A stretch of DNA of 64,000 nucleotides from Candidatus Latescibacterota bacterium (GTDB lineage Bacteria > Latescibacterota > UBA2968 > UBA8231). Made by a program: the position numbers and the translations under genes. Below the pieces are notes generated by a model, which was not told the DNA's origin, searched no databases, and was given only the letters and a program-made list of their open reading frames with translations. This document shows, one piece after another, positions 1 through 10,136 of this stretch (within the stretch, counting starts at the first letter, position 1; the number at the start of each line of letters is the position of its first letter). The stretch lies in the NCBI GenBank assembly GCA_965204725.1, contig OZ242005.1, positions 1,600,001 through 1,664,000 of the forward strand. The letters are read 5' to 3'.

Positions 1-1
1 C

Positions 2-1186
2 GCGATTGGCCCGATCGATCAGGCGATGCGCTGGGGATTTAACTGGGCGCTAGGGCCTTTTGAGTTGTGGGATCTCTTCGGCGTCGAAGAGGTAGTCGAG
101 TCTCTGGCCGCGAACCAACAGCGCGTACCCGACCTCGCCACCCAATTGCTCGCCGCCGGTGAAACGCACTTTTACCAAGGGCAGAGTGCATTCTCGCCGA
201 CCCGGTTGCAGCGCGAGAGCTGGCAACAGCCCGCCGACGATTGGGCTAGGCTCGCGGCCGAGCGCGCCGTCTGGTCCAATGCCGGGGCCTACTTGGTCGA
301 GCTGGACGAGGGACTGGGGGCGTTGGTTTTCAGCGGCAAGATGAACGCCTTGGGACCGGCGGCGTTAGAAGCGGTCCACCACGCGGTGGATACGGCCCCC
401 TTTGCGGGCTTGGTGCTCGCTGGCGCGGGGACCTTGTTCTCGGTCGGTGCCGACTTGAAGCACGTGGCCAAGCTCGCCGACGAGGGCGACTGGCCGGGGC
501 TGGAAGCGTTTGTCGCGGCCTTTCAAGAGGCCGTGCAAGCGCTGCGCTACGCGCCTTTTCCGGTCGTCGCGGCCCTCCGCGGCTTGGCGCTCGGAGGCGG
601 GTGCGAGTTCGCCTTGGGTGCCGCTGGGTGCGTGGCGGCGGCGGAACTAGGCATGGGCTTGGTGGAGACCAAGGTTGGCCTGATCCCCGGCAGCGGCGGC
701 TGCATGGAGATGGCGCGCCGGCGGGCGAGCGATATAGCATCCGCGTTTGAGACGATTTTTATCGGGGACTTCAGCGACAACGCTTTTCAGGCCCGAGCGT
801 GGGGGCTCCTCCGGGCAGAGGACGAAATTGCCTTGGCCGAGGGTCAGCTCTTAAAACGGGCCGCCGCCAAACTGCGTACCTTGATCGCCGCCGGCTACTG
901 CGCTGGCGCACCAAGTGGGATAGAGGTTGCTGGCGACGAGGGGCTCGCGCTTTTGCACGAGCGCATAGATAAAGGCCGGGCCGCCGGGCAACTCAGCGAG
1001 CACGACGGGGTCGTCGGGCGCGGTCTAGCGCGGGTGCTTACAGGCGCTGGCGGGCCGCGCCGAAGAGTAGAAGAGCGCCACTTACTCGATTTGGAACGCG
1101 AAGTCTTTCTGCATCTATGTGGCACTGAGCGGACGCGACAGCGCATAGCGCATATACTACACACGGGTAAACCACTGAGAAATTGA
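2..1186 (+). CDS. 3-hydroxyacyl-CoA dehydrogenase/enoyl-CoA hydratase fusion (FadN-like), 5'-truncated by window edge
   Basis: Frame open from base 2; IDQAMRWGFNWALGPFE HACD C-domain, crotonase motifs FSVGADL, ALGGGCE, GLVETKVGLIPGSGG; C-terminal TGKPLRN typical of FadN. Confidence 0.88.
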   Translation, partial: AIGPIDQAMRWGFNWALGPFELWDLFGVEEVVESLAANQQRVPDLATQLLAAGETHFYQGQSAFSPTRLQRESWQQPADDWARLAAERAVWSNAGAYLVELDEGLGALVFSGKMNALGPAALEAVHHAVDTAPFAGLVLAGAGTLFSVGADLKHVAKLADEGDWPGLEAFVAAFQEAVQALRYAPFPVVAALRGLALGGGCEFALGAAGCVAAAELGMGLVETKVGLIPGSGGCMEMARRRASDIASAFETIFIGDFSDNAFQARAWGLLRAEDEIALAEGQLLKRAAAKLRTLIAAGYCAGAPSGIEVAGDEGLALLHERIDKGRAAGQLSEHDGVVGRGLARVLTGAGGPRRRVEERHLLDLEREVFLHLCGTERTRQRIAHILHTGKPLRN

Positions 1187-1202
1187 AAGAGGAGGGTCCC
1201 TT

Positions 1203-2645
1203 ATGGGCTTGCGGAGTGCGGCCGAATTTAAGGAGGGCTTGCGCGACGGGCGCGAGGTGTATCATCGGGGAGCTCGGGTCGAAGACGTAACCGTGCATGA
1301 CGACTTGGGGATTGGGGTGGAGCATGTTGCCTTGGACTTTGAGCTGGCCGAGGACAAAGAACACCGCGACCTGATGACTTGGATGGACGGCGAGCTGGGC
1401 GAACCTGTCAGTCGCTACTTTAAGACGCCGACGGATGCCGAAGACTTGCTCAACCGCCGCGAGATGATTGAGCGTTCGACGCGGCTGGGCCACAGCGTGG
1501 TGTTGCTAATCAAGGAAATTGGCTCCGACGCGCTCTTCGCCATCGATTTGATCGCCGACCATTTGGACCAACATGCCGGTGGACGATACCGCGCGCGGGT
1601 GCAAGCCTTTCACCGCGCGTGCAAGCAGCGCGACCTGAGCTTGGCCGTGGCCCAAACCGACGCAAAGGGCGACCGCAGTCTCTTGCCCTCGCAGCAAGCG
1701 CACCCCGACTACTATGTCCACATCGTTGAGGAGCGGGCCGACGGGATCGTGGTGCGCGGGGCCAAGGCCCACACGACATGCGCCCCGTATGTCGATGAAC
1801 TCATCGTCTTGCCGACGCGGGCGCTCAAGGAGGTGGACGCGGCCTATGCTGTTGCCTTTGCCACGCCAGTCAATGCCCCGGGGGTCAAGCTGATCGCCAG
1901 CCCCTTTGGCTCGCCGCCGGTGAGCAAGTTTCACCATCCGGTCAGCTCCGAGCACCGCATGATCGACACCCTGACGATCTTCGACGATGTCTTTGTTCCC
2001 AACGAGCGCGTCTTTCTCAAGGGGGAGTGGCAATACGCCGGGCCGCTGGCCAACGCCTTCGTCGAATTTCACCGCTTTACGGCCGCCTCGTACAAACCGC
2101 CGCTCTGCGACCTCTTTATTGGGGCGGCGGCGCTGCTAGCCCAGTACAACGGAATCGCCCAGGCCGGCCATGTGCGCGAGAAGCTGACCAAGCTCATCAC
2201 CTATGCCGAGACCGTCCGCGGGCTGACCTTGGCCGCGGCCCACGATTGCCGCATCGCTGCAAACGGCACGGCCGTGCCCAATATCGTCTTCGCCAACCTC
2301 GCTAAATTCCACTTTGCCAATAACTATCACCAAGCCGTAGCTTGGGTCCAGGACATCGCCGGCGGGCTGGTGGTCACCGGGCCGTCGGAAGAGGACTTGG
2401 TCAATCCCGCGACGAAGGGCTATATCGAACGCTTCTTAGGCGGTGGGAACGGCGTTGATGCCGAGGCGCGGCTGAGGGCGCTCAACTTGGTGCGCGACCT
2501 GACGGCTTCAACGTTTGGTGGTTACAACGAGTTGCTGGCCATTCACGCCGAAGGCTCGTTAGAAACCCAGAAAATTACCATCCTGCGCGATTACGATGTC
2601 GAGCGCTGTCTCCGGCTGGCCAAAGAAGCCATTGGCATTGATTGA
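1203..2645 (+). CDS. 4-hydroxyphenylacetate 3-hydroxylase / 4-hydroxybutyryl-CoA dehydratase family flavoprotein
   Basis: AQTDAKGDRS, GIVVRGAKAHTT, IFDDVFVPNERVF, HAEGS motifs; SD GAGGAGG upstream. Confidence 0.85.
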   Translation: MGLRSAAEFKEGLRDGREVYHRGARVEDVTVHDDLGIGVEHVALDFELAEDKEHRDLMTWMDGELGEPVSRYFKTPTDAEDLLNRREMIERSTRLGHSVVLLIKEIGSDALFAIDLIADHLDQHAGGRYRARVQAFHRACKQRDLSLAVAQTDAKGDRSLLPSQQAHPDYYVHIVEERADGIVVRGAKAHTTCAPYVDELIVLPTRALKEVDAAYAVAFATPVNAPGVKLIASPFGSPPVSKFHHPVSSEHRMIDTLTIFDDVFVPNERVFLKGEWQYAGPLANAFVEFHRFTAASYKPPLCDLFIGAAALLAQYNGIAQAGHVREKLTKLITYAETVRGLTLAAAHDCRIAANGTAVPNIVFANLAKFHFANNYHQAVAWVQDIAGGLVVTGPSEEDLVNPATKGYIERFLGGGNGVDAEARLRALNLVRDLTASTFGGYNELLAIHAEGSLETQKITILRDYDVERCLRLAKEAIGID

Positions 2646-2696
2646 GCCAAACAAACGGTTGAGAATAGAAAATACAAATAAAGACCGTTGAAACAG

Positions 2697-2725
2697 TTGA
2701 TTATCTCACATTCAGGCTCTATATT
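2697..2725 (+). promoter_or_regulatory. sigma70-type promoter for the sigma factor gene
   Basis: TTGATT-17 bp-TATATT in an AT-rich intergenic stretch. Confidence 0.55.
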
Positions 2726-2887
2726 AGTCAAACCTCCTCTTCTGTTCGGTTTCTCCAAAACCGCATTACTTTCGGCTGCATCCTCCTCCGCATCCGAAAC
2801 TCCCTTCTTACCATATCAGGTACCATCATAGCTTAATGCAGCCACGAGTCCCCATGCTGGCTCATTAGCAACAGGAGGCGTCAAGTT

Positions 2888-3733
2888 ATGACTACCTTTC
2901 AGACCGATTCTATCGTGGATCAGTATTTCCACGAGATCGAGGATTCTGTCGGGTTATCGTCCGAGGATGAAGTAGCCATTGCCCAGCAAATAAAAGAGGG
3001 AGACGAAGAGGCCCTATCCGATCTGGTGAAAGCCAATCTGCGATTTGTCGTCAGCGTGGCGAAGCAATATCAGAATTTGGGGTTGCCCCTTTCGGACCTG
3101 ATCAACGAGGGGAACTTGGGGCTTATTATCGCCGCCAAGCGCTTTGACGGCACGAAGGGCTTCAAGTTCATTTCCTATGCCGTGTGGTGGATCCGCCAGT
3201 CGATCCTGCAAGCATTGGCCAATCAGTCGCGCATCGTGCGGTTGCCACTGAATCGCATCGGCGATTTGACTCGCGTCAACCGGGTGTTCAACAAGCTCGA
3301 ACAGGGACTGGGGCGGCCCCCGGAAGTAGATGAAATAGCCGAAGAGCTAGAGGTCGAACCTAGCGACATGGAGCTTTTGTTGCGGTTGGCCCAAAGGCCG
3401 GTTTCGCTGGAGATGCCCTGCGATGAATCCGAACCGGATCGCTGTTTCGGCGATCTAATTCCCGACCACAGTCAGCCTTCCAGCGACGAGGCCCTCTCCA
3501 GCGACGAGCTCAAAGCGGTGATCCTCAACGCCATGCACTCCTTGACCGAGGGCGAGGCCCGCGTTTTGAAAATGTATTACGGATTGGATGGACACGAGCC
3601 GATGACCTTGGAGAAGATCGGGGCCTATGTCGGGCGCACTCGGGAGCGGGTGCGGCAAATCAAGGAAAAAGCCTTGCAGAAGCTCCGCCATCCCGCTCGC
3701 TGCGACTCCCTCAAGGAGTACTACGCGGATTAA
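2888..3733 (+). CDS. RNA polymerase sigma-70 factor, short RpoD/RpoS-type lacking region 1.1
   Basis: ANLRFVVSVAKQY, DLINEGNLGL, KFISYAVWWIRQ, TLEKIG..TRERVRQI; SD AGGAGG. Confidence 0.93.
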   Translation: MTTFQTDSIVDQYFHEIEDSVGLSSEDEVAIAQQIKEGDEEALSDLVKANLRFVVSVAKQYQNLGLPLSDLINEGNLGLIIAAKRFDGTKGFKFISYAVWWIRQSILQALANQSRIVRLPLNRIGDLTRVNRVFNKLEQGLGRPPEVDEIAEELEVEPSDMELLLRLAQRPVSLEMPCDESEPDRCFGDLIPDHSQPSSDEALSSDELKAVILNAMHSLTEGEARVLKMYYGLDGHEPMTLEKIGAYVGRTRERVRQIKEKALQKLRHPARCDSLKEYYAD

Positions 3734-3831
3734 TCGTCCACGGCTGCGGGGTGAAAAAACGGGAAACGCTAGGCCGCTAGCGTCTGGGCCTTATTTGATT
3801 TTTGCCCGATTTTTCGTTACTATTTGTTCAT

Positions 3832-3907
3832 TCCGCGGTAGCTCAGTTGGCAGAGCGGGTGGCTGTTAACCACTTGGTCGTAGGTTCGAATCCTACCCGC
3901 GGAGCCA
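3832..3907 (+). tRNA. tRNA-Asn (GTT)
   Basis: 76 nt cloverleaf: acceptor TCCGCGG/CCGCGGA, D-arm AGCTCAGTTGG, anticodon loop CT-GTT-AA, T-loop GGTTCGAATCC, encoded CCA. Confidence 0.97.
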
Positions 3908-3919
3908 GATTGGCAAAGG

Positions 3920-3964
3920 TCGCCGCCGTGCCTAAGACTCAGGCGCGGCGGCGATTTGTCGTTT
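3920..3964 (+). terminator. hairpin downstream of tRNA-Asn, probable terminator
   Basis: TCGCCGCCGTGCCT-loop-AGGCGCGGCGGCGA followed by TTTGTCGTTT. Confidence 0.6.
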
Positions 3965-4025
3965 GGGTTCGACCATTATTATTCTGCGTCCAAACCTTCC
4001 TTCTTTCTGCTTTCCCAACGCACTA

Positions 4026-5081
4026 TCATTCAAAGAGGGCCGCGTATTCGCCATAGCCTTCTTGGGCTAAATCCTCAACGGGAATAAAGCGCAGGGCGGC
4101 CGAGTTGATGCAGTAGCGCAGCCCTGTGGGCGGCGGGCCGTCCGCAAAGACGTGCCCAAGATGAGAGTCGGCGTATTTGCTGCGGACCTCGACGCGGGTC
4201 ATAAACAGCGAATTGTCGGTGTGCTCGACGATGTGATTCGGCTCTAGGGGCTGGGTAAAGCTGGGCCAGCCGGTGCCGGATTTGAATTTGTGCTGCGAGC
4301 TAAAGAGGGGTTCGCCGGAAACGATATCGACGTAGATGCCCGCGGCTTTGTTATCCCAGTACAGGTTGTGGAAGGGCCGCTCGGTCGCGTCTTCTTGCGT
4401 GACCCGAAATTGCAAGTCCGTGAGTTTGGCACTCAAGGAGTCGATGGGCGGTTTGGCATATTGGGCACTGGCCGTTGGCGTCGGGCGATCGTTGCCCCAC
4501 GTCTCTTCAATAAAGCGGTCGCGGCCCGAGCCTTGGCGATAGCGTTGGTAGTGCTGGGGGTTTTTTCGGTAGTAATCTTGGTGGTACTCCTCGGCCGGAT
4601 AAAAGGTAGTAGCTGGACGGATGGACGTGACAATGGGCTTGTCAAAGCGGCCCGACTCGTCGAGAGCCTGCTTGCTGGCTTCGGCTAAGGTGCGTTGCTC
4701 TTCGTCGTGGTAAAATATGGCCGAGGTATATTGGTGACCGCGGTCGTAAAAGGACCCCCCGCGATCGGTGGGATCGAATTGACGCCAGTACATGTTGAGG
4801 AGTTGGCTAAAAGAGACAACCTCGGGGTCAAAGGTGACCAAGACGGACTCGATGTGCTTGGTCGCACCGGAACTGACTTGCTTATAAGTTGGGTTTTCGC
4901 GCTCGCCGCCGGTGTAGCCGGAAACGGCTGAGACGACGCCCTCGACCTTGTCAAAGGGTGCTTCAATGCACCAGAAACACCCCCCGGCAAACGTCGCTTG
5001 GGCGTAGTTTTGGGCGCGGCTGGTTTGCGTACTAAAAATCCCCAGCACTGCGCCGAGCAGAATGAGTAGTTTGGCGTCCAT
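4026..5081 (-). CDS. msrAB: exported peptide methionine sulfoxide reductase MsrA-MsrB fusion
   Basis: GGCFWC and [12 protein letters not shown] (MsrA); [20 protein letters not shown] (MsrB); signal peptide [14 protein letters not shown]; start moved to ATG 5081 after GGAGG. Confidence 0.95.
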   Translation of the reverse strand: MDAKLLILLGAVLGIFSTQTSRAQNYAQATFAGGCFWCIEAPFDKVEGVVSAVSGYTGGERENPTYKQVSSGATKHIESVLVTFDPEVVSFSQLLNMYWRQFDPTDRGGSFYDRGHQYTSAIFYHDEEQRTLAEASKQALDESGRFDKPIVTSIRPATTFYPAEEYHQDYYRKNPQHYQRYRQGSGRDRFIEETWGNDRPTPTASAQYAKPPIDSLSAKLTDLQFRVTQEDATERPFHNLYWDNKAAGIYVDIVSGEPLFSSQHKFKSGTGWPSFTQPLEPNHIVEHTDNSLFMTRVEVRSKYADSHLGHVFADGPPPTGLRYCINSAALRFIPVEDLAQEGYGEYAALFE

Positions 5082-5310
5082 AGTTCCTCCTTTGGTGTAC
5101 CCTCTTTGGGTTGAATTCCCCGCCGCTTTCGACGTATTCATACCTGTCCCGGTCTCGGGGCGGGGCCGAACTTCATATAGAACACCGCAGCAATCGCCCA
5201 GTTCCGCGCTCGCTTAGAAGCGCAGCGATCGGGACCGACCTGCGTCTCGCCGATGCGTTCGGCCTTTGCGTCCACGCCCTAAAAAATGGGATCGCGAACA
5301 GGGTCGCAAA

Positions 5311-5366
5311 CCGGGATGGAGGACATCGCACCCTCGACGAGGGCAAGATGCCCTCCATCCTTGGAA
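5311..5366 (+). repeat. family A REP-like double-hairpin repeat (diverged copy)
   Basis: CCCTCGACGAGGGCAAGATGCCCTC core shared with copies at 30687, 34724, 53365 and 59485. Confidence 0.8.
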
Positions 5367-5408
5367 GTAAGATGCCAACGCGGGGATTCCGGCTATATTA
5401 TTAACGAT

Positions 5409-7355
5409 ATGCGGACTGTAGGTATCGGTATCGGCGCGGTGCGGCTGGGGCGCGAAAAAGCCATCCTCGGGGCGATTTTAACCGCCGCTCTCGGCGTACG
5501 CCTAGCCTATCTCTATCAAGCGGTTGACACGCCGCTCTTCGATGTCCTCCTGATCGACTCCGAGTTCTACGACCGCCGCGCCCGGGCCATTGTCGCGGGC
5601 GATTGGCTCGGCGATCAGCCTTTCTTTATGAATCCGTTGTACCCCTACTTTTTGGCCGCCATTTACGCGCTTTTTGGGGCTGAATACTGGTGGGTTGGCG
5701 TGGTGCAGGCGATGCTGGGAACGGGCAGTTGCTATTTGATCTACGCGCTGGGCCGGAAACTGTGGCGTCCGCAAATTGGCTTGTTGGCCGCGGGCATGGC
5801 GGCATTTTACCAGCCTTATGTGTTCTACGACGGGGCCCTGCTGACCGCCGCGCCGATCACCTTTCTGAATCTCGCCGCTCTGTATTGCTTGGCCCACGCG
5901 CAGGGTGCGGCGCGGTGGTTGTGGGGGGCTGGTTTGCTGTTGGGGCTTTCGGCTACGGCGCGGCCCATGGTCTTGCTGTTTGTCGCGGTGGTCGCGGGCT
6001 GGCTTGTCGCGCAGTGGGGTCGGCGCGGTTGGCGGCAGTGGGGCTGGGTCGTCGTGGGCTGCGGTCTCGTGGTGGGGGTGGTGGCTTGGCGCAACTACTA
6101 CGTCGGCGGGGAGTGGCTGCTGACCACGTCCTCGGCTGGGATGAACTTCTACGTCGGCAACCACCCCGAGGCCAGCGGCATCTACGCGCAGGTCGATTTC
6201 CTGCCCAGTGCCGAGCCAGACTTGGAACGCGCGGCGTTTATCCGCGAGGCCGAGGCGCGCACGGGCCGAGAGTTGACCCCGGCTCAAGCCTCCAGATTCT
6301 GGCTCGCAGCGGGCTTGCGCTTTGTCGCGGAAAATCCCCGCGCGTATCTGGCACTGCAAGGCCGCAAACTCTACATGTTCTGGAACGGAGTTGAGGCGCA
6401 AAACAACTTGAGTCTGTATTTGGCGCGGGACTTTGTGCCCCTGTTGCGCTGGTGCGTTTTGGGCTGGGGGCTGGTGGCCCCGCTGGCGGTCGCTGGCTGG
6501 GCTGCGAGTCGCCGCTCGGTCCTGCTCGACCTGTATCTGGCGAGCTATCTGGCCGCTTGCCTGCTGTTTTTCACGTCCTCGGAATACCGCCTGCCCGTCG
6601 TGCCGGTGGTTCTGCTCTACGCCGCTTGCTGGATGGACCACGTTGCGACTTGGGCGCGGGGTGGGGCGCGTCGGCTGCTGCTGCGATCGGGCCTGTTGGT
6701 GGCCTTAATCGCGCTGCCTATTAACTACCGAGACGCCGGGGCCGAGCGGCTGACCCGCAAGCGCGTTGATTACTACAATTTCGGAACCTTGTATCAACGC
6801 CGGGGGGCTTGGGCGGCGTCCGAGCGCATGTTCCGCGAGGCCCTGCGTATCGACCCGTCGTTTGCGCCGGCCGCCGCTGGCCTAGCGGCCGTATTGGCGC
6901 GACGAGAAGATGGTCGCTCGGACCTCAAGCGCGGATTAGAGCGCTTCGGCGCGGGGGAGTACGAGGCGGCGATTGCGGCCTTTAGCCTCGCCTCGCCCTC
7001 GCCCGGGCGGCACAACAACCTCGGCCTGTGCTATTATCGCCTCGGTCAATGGAGCGACGCCATTGAGCATTTCCATCAGGCCCTCGCCCTCGATGCCGGC
7101 TACGCCCGAGCGCATTTTAATCTCGGCTTGGTGTATGCCAAGCAGGGCGATGACCAAGCCGCGGCCGATGCCTTTGCCGCGGCCCTCGAACTCGACCCCA
7201 ATCACGTCCAAGCGCACTATCGCCGCGGGGAAGTCTTGGTGCGCTCGGGGCGTCCCCGCCAAGCAGAAGTCCACTGGGCGTTTTTGTCGGCGCGAAACCC
7301 CGATGACGTGCGCTTGCGGGCGAAAATCGATTCCATGATGCAGGCGAATCCTTGA
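5409..7355 (+). CDS. GT-C (ArnT/PMT-like) membrane glycosyltransferase with C-terminal TPR repeats
   Basis: DSEFYD early loop, PLYPYFLA, many TM helices, NFYVGN, YRLPVVP; TPRs (HNNLGLCY, AHFNLGLVY); start 5409 chosen because the upstream frame runs through a repeat. Confidence 0.8.
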   Translation: MRTVGIGIGAVRLGREKAILGAILTAALGVRLAYLYQAVDTPLFDVLLIDSEFYDRRARAIVAGDWLGDQPFFMNPLYPYFLAAIYALFGAEYWWVGVVQAMLGTGSCYLIYALGRKLWRPQIGLLAAGMAAFYQPYVFYDGALLTAAPITFLNLAALYCLAHAQGAARWLWGAGLLLGLSATARPMVLLFVAVVAGWLVAQWGRRGWRQWGWVVVGCGLVVGVVAWRNYYVGGEWLLTTSSAGMNFYVGNHPEASGIYAQVDFLPSAEPDLERAAFIREAEARTGRELTPAQASRFWLAAGLRFVAENPRAYLALQGRKLYMFWNGVEAQNNLSLYLARDFVPLLRWCVLGWGLVAPLAVAGWAASRRSVLLDLYLASYLAACLLFFTSSEYRLPVVPVVLLYAACWMDHVATWARGGARRLLLRSGLLVALIALPINYRDAGAERLTRKRVDYYNFGTLYQRRGAWAASERMFREALRIDPSFAPAAAGLAAVLARREDGRSDLKRGLERFGAGEYEAAIAAFSLASPSPGRHNNLGLCYYRLGQWSDAIEHFHQALALDAGYARAHFNLGLVYAKQGDDQAAADAFAAALELDPNHVQAHYRRGEVLVRSGRPRQAEVHWAFLSARNPDDVRLRAKIDSMMQANP

Positions 7356-9472
7356 AAGCGACCCTCTGTGTGCGCGGTGCCCGGGCGGGCGGTCTGGCCG
7401 ATGTCGATATGGACTTGCCATTGGGCCGGATTATTTGCTTTACCGGCCGCAGCCACAGCGGCCGCCGCGCTATGGCCTTAGAAATCCTCTACGCCGAGAG
7501 CCGCCGGCGCTACATGCAGGCCCTGTCGCCGGCCGAACGCGCGGGCGTCAGCGGAACGGGACGCGCCGATGTAGATGAGATAGCGGGTTTGCCGCCGGCC
7601 ATTTACTTGGGGCCGCCGCGCCGCGGCCGCACGGTTGGGGACTACTTGCAGCTAGAGGGAATTTTGGCGCAGATCATGCTCGAAGACGGACAGCTGCACT
7701 GCCTCGAATGCGGCGGTCGCTGCCGCAGCTATGCGGCCGACGAGGTCGAGCGCGCAGTGGCCCACGCCTACCGAGAAGCCCGCTGTTTGGTCTTGGCCCC
7801 GTTGGCAGTGCAGAGTGCCGGGATGTGGCAACAGCTCGTGCAAGCCGGGTTTACGCGGGTCGCAATTGACGGCCAGATCCAGCGGTTGGAAGGCGATGGA
7901 CCCGCATTGCCGGGCGGCGCAAACGAGGTCCACGTCGTGGTGGACCGCTTGGTGCCCGACCCACACGGCAGCGTGCGCTTTTTGGAAGCCGTGCGGACGA
8001 GCCGCTCCATTTCGTCGGGGCGGACGGTGGTTTGGGTAGATGGAACCAGCGAGACGATGCACTTGAACCAGCCGCCGACCTGCGACCAGTGCGGCCGCCA
8101 GTACGAGCCGCTCGCCGCCGACTTTGGCGCGGACCAGCCCTGGGCCGGGGCGGTGACCCTGCACGGCCGCACCATGGCCGAGCTCATGGACGCCCCCCTC
8201 GGCCTGTTGCGCGATTGGCTGGCAAAGGGAAAGGGGCACGGGTACGCCAAAGTAGAGGCTGCGCTCGCCGAGGCCAGCGGCTTGGGGCTGGGATGCGTAC
8301 CCTTGAGCCGCCGCCTCGAATCGCTGGCAGCGGGCGAGTGGCAGTGCCTGCAACTCGCTTCCTGTCTCAGCAGCGGCCTGACGGGCATCCTCTACATTTT
8401 GGAGGGGTTGGGCAGCCCGTTGTCCGGGGGGATGCTGGACGCGGTCGCGGCGAGTCTCCGGCGATTGGTCGCGGGCGGCAATACCGCGCTGTTGTTGGAG
8501 CACACGCCTGAACTCGTGGCGGTCGCAGACGAAACGTGGGCGTTTGCCCAAGGGCGAGCGCGGATGGCAGCGGCGACCGAGTTGGAGCGGGATGGAGCCG
8601 GTACAAAACGGGTCGCCGCGCCAGCGGACCTTGCGTTGGTCATTCGCGGGGACGGCGTGGTCGGGCCGCTTGCTATTGAGCTGCCGCACGGGCGGTTGAC
8701 CTGCATAGCGGGGCCTTCCGGCAGCGGCAAAACCCGCTTGCTACACGAAGTCTTGCTGCCGCTGTTGAAGGGGCAGCCCGTTGAGTACGCGGCGGCCGGT
8801 GCGCCGAGGAACAGCCGCGTTGCAACGGTGGAAGCCCCGAGCGGCCAGTCCACGGTTTTGGCCGGGTTGGGCCTTTTCGAGCGCGTGGCCGACTTGTACG
8901 CGGCCGCGCCAGTGGCCACGGCGCAGGGCTGGTCGCGGGACGCCTTCTTGTTGGATCGGCCGGGGGGGCGTTGTCCGAGTTGCGAAGGCCGCGGTCAACG
9001 CCATTTCGATTTGGGGTTTTTAGAAGATGTAACGAGCGGGTGCGCCGATTGCGAGGGCCGCCGGTATCGAGACGAAATCTGCGCGGTGACGCTGCGCGGC
9101 GCGAGCATCGCCGAGGTGTTGGGCATGACCTTAGAACAGGCTGGTACCCACTTCGCCCGGCAGGACCCCATTGGCCCGCGCCTAGCCGCGGCCGTCGGCT
9201 GCGGTCTCGGCTACTTGACCTTAGGGCAGGAGGTGCAGGAGCTGGAGCGCGGGGAATGGCTGCGGCTGCGGTTGGCCCTCGAATCAACGCGCGCTTCCCG
9301 GCGCACTTGGCTGATAATTGACGACCCGGCCGGCGGCGATCACCCGCAAGACGTGCAGGCGCTGGTTGCGGCCCTGCGGGGGCTGGTCGATCGGGGCGTC
9401 ACGGTCGTCGTCGCCGACCAGCATCCAGCGGTGAAGGAAGCGGCGGATTGGGTGGTTGATTTGACGCCCTAG
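7352..9472 (+). CDS. divergent, shortened UvrA-like protein
   Basis: LYAESRRRY, CxxC zinc modules (CLECG, CDQCG, CPSCEGRG, CADCEGRRY), second Walker A GPSGSGKT, GLGYLTLGQ, ADWVVDL; overlaps the upstream stop codon. Confidence 0.82.
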   Translation: MKATLCVRGARAGGLADVDMDLPLGRIICFTGRSHSGRRAMALEILYAESRRRYMQALSPAERAGVSGTGRADVDEIAGLPPAIYLGPPRRGRTVGDYLQLEGILAQIMLEDGQLHCLECGGRCRSYAADEVERAVAHAYREARCLVLAPLAVQSAGMWQQLVQAGFTRVAIDGQIQRLEGDGPALPGGANEVHVVVDRLVPDPHGSVRFLEAVRTSRSISSGRTVVWVDGTSETMHLNQPPTCDQCGRQYEPLAADFGADQPWAGAVTLHGRTMAELMDAPLGLLRDWLAKGKGHGYAKVEAALAEASGLGLGCVPLSRRLESLAAGEWQCLQLASCLSSGLTGILYILEGLGSPLSGGMLDAVAASLRRLVAGGNTALLLEHTPELVAVADETWAFAQGRARMAAATELERDGAGTKRVAAPADLALVIRGDGVVGPLAIELPHGRLTCIAGPSGSGKTRLLHEVLLPLLKGQPVEYAAAGAPRNSRVATVEAPSGQSTVLAGLGLFERVADLYAAAPVATAQGWSRDAFLLDRPGGRCPSCEGRGQRHFDLGFLEDVTSGCADCEGRRYRDEICAVTLRGASIAEVLGMTLEQAGTHFARQDPIGPRLAAAVGCGLGYLTLGQEVQELERGEWLRLRLALESTRASRRTWLIIDDPAGGDHPQDVQALVAALRGLVDRGVTVVVADQHPAVKEAADWVVDLTP

Positions 9473-9568
9473 ACGCCCTAAAAGTCGCACCGTCGCTGTA
9501 CCATCTTACCTTGCGGGATGTATTGCTCCTATCTATCTTTTTGAAGGTAGATGCTCAAGTAGAATGAG

Positions 9569-10078
9569 GTGAATAATGCGGTATTTAAGCCCCGAGCAAG
9601 GGGCTTTCTAATGCGGGTCGGACAGAAGTTACAAGAGGAGGTCATCGCCCACTTGGACCTAGACGGGTACGCAGTGTGCGGGCCGCAGGAGTCAATCGCC
9701 GAAGTACTCAAGAAGATGCGCCACCAACACGTCAGTGCCGTGCTGGTGCAAGAGGCCGGCCGCTTGGTGGGGATTTTTACCGAGCGCGACGCGCTCACAA
9801 AGGTGGTCGATCAGCCGGCGACGTGGACGCGGCCGGTGGCCGAGTTGATGACGCGCGATCCGCATAGCTTGGATGCCCAGCAGCCGATCCGCAGCGCCCT
9901 GCGGCTGATGAACGCGGGCGACTACCGCAACGTGCCGATTGTAGATGAAAATGGCCGCATACAGGGCAATTTGCCCCAGCACGAGGTCATCCGCTTTCTC
10001 ACCGATCAGTTTCCCGAAGATATCTACAACCTGCCGCCGGACCCCGAGCGCATAGCCCGCACCAGAGAGGGCGCTTGA
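9569..10078 (+). CDS. CBS-domain pair protein
   Basis: LVGIFTERD, LMTRDP, YRNVPIVD. Confidence 0.88.
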   Translation: MNNAVFKPRARGFLMRVGQKLQEEVIAHLDLDGYAVCGPQESIAEVLKKMRHQHVSAVLVQEAGRLVGIFTERDALTKVVDQPATWTRPVAELMTRDPHSLDAQQPIRSALRLMNAGDYRNVPIVDENGRIQGNLPQHEVIRFLTDQFPEDIYNLPPDPERIARTREGA

Positions 10079-10136
10079 GCATGCGCTGCGAAGCGGGGAT
10101 TTTTTCTTTTTACGGTTAGTTAAGGAGGTCGAGGGC

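Noticed and set aside
3832-4025. tRNA-Asn as an integration site
   Set aside because: No integrase and no duplicated tRNA 3' end seen in the window.
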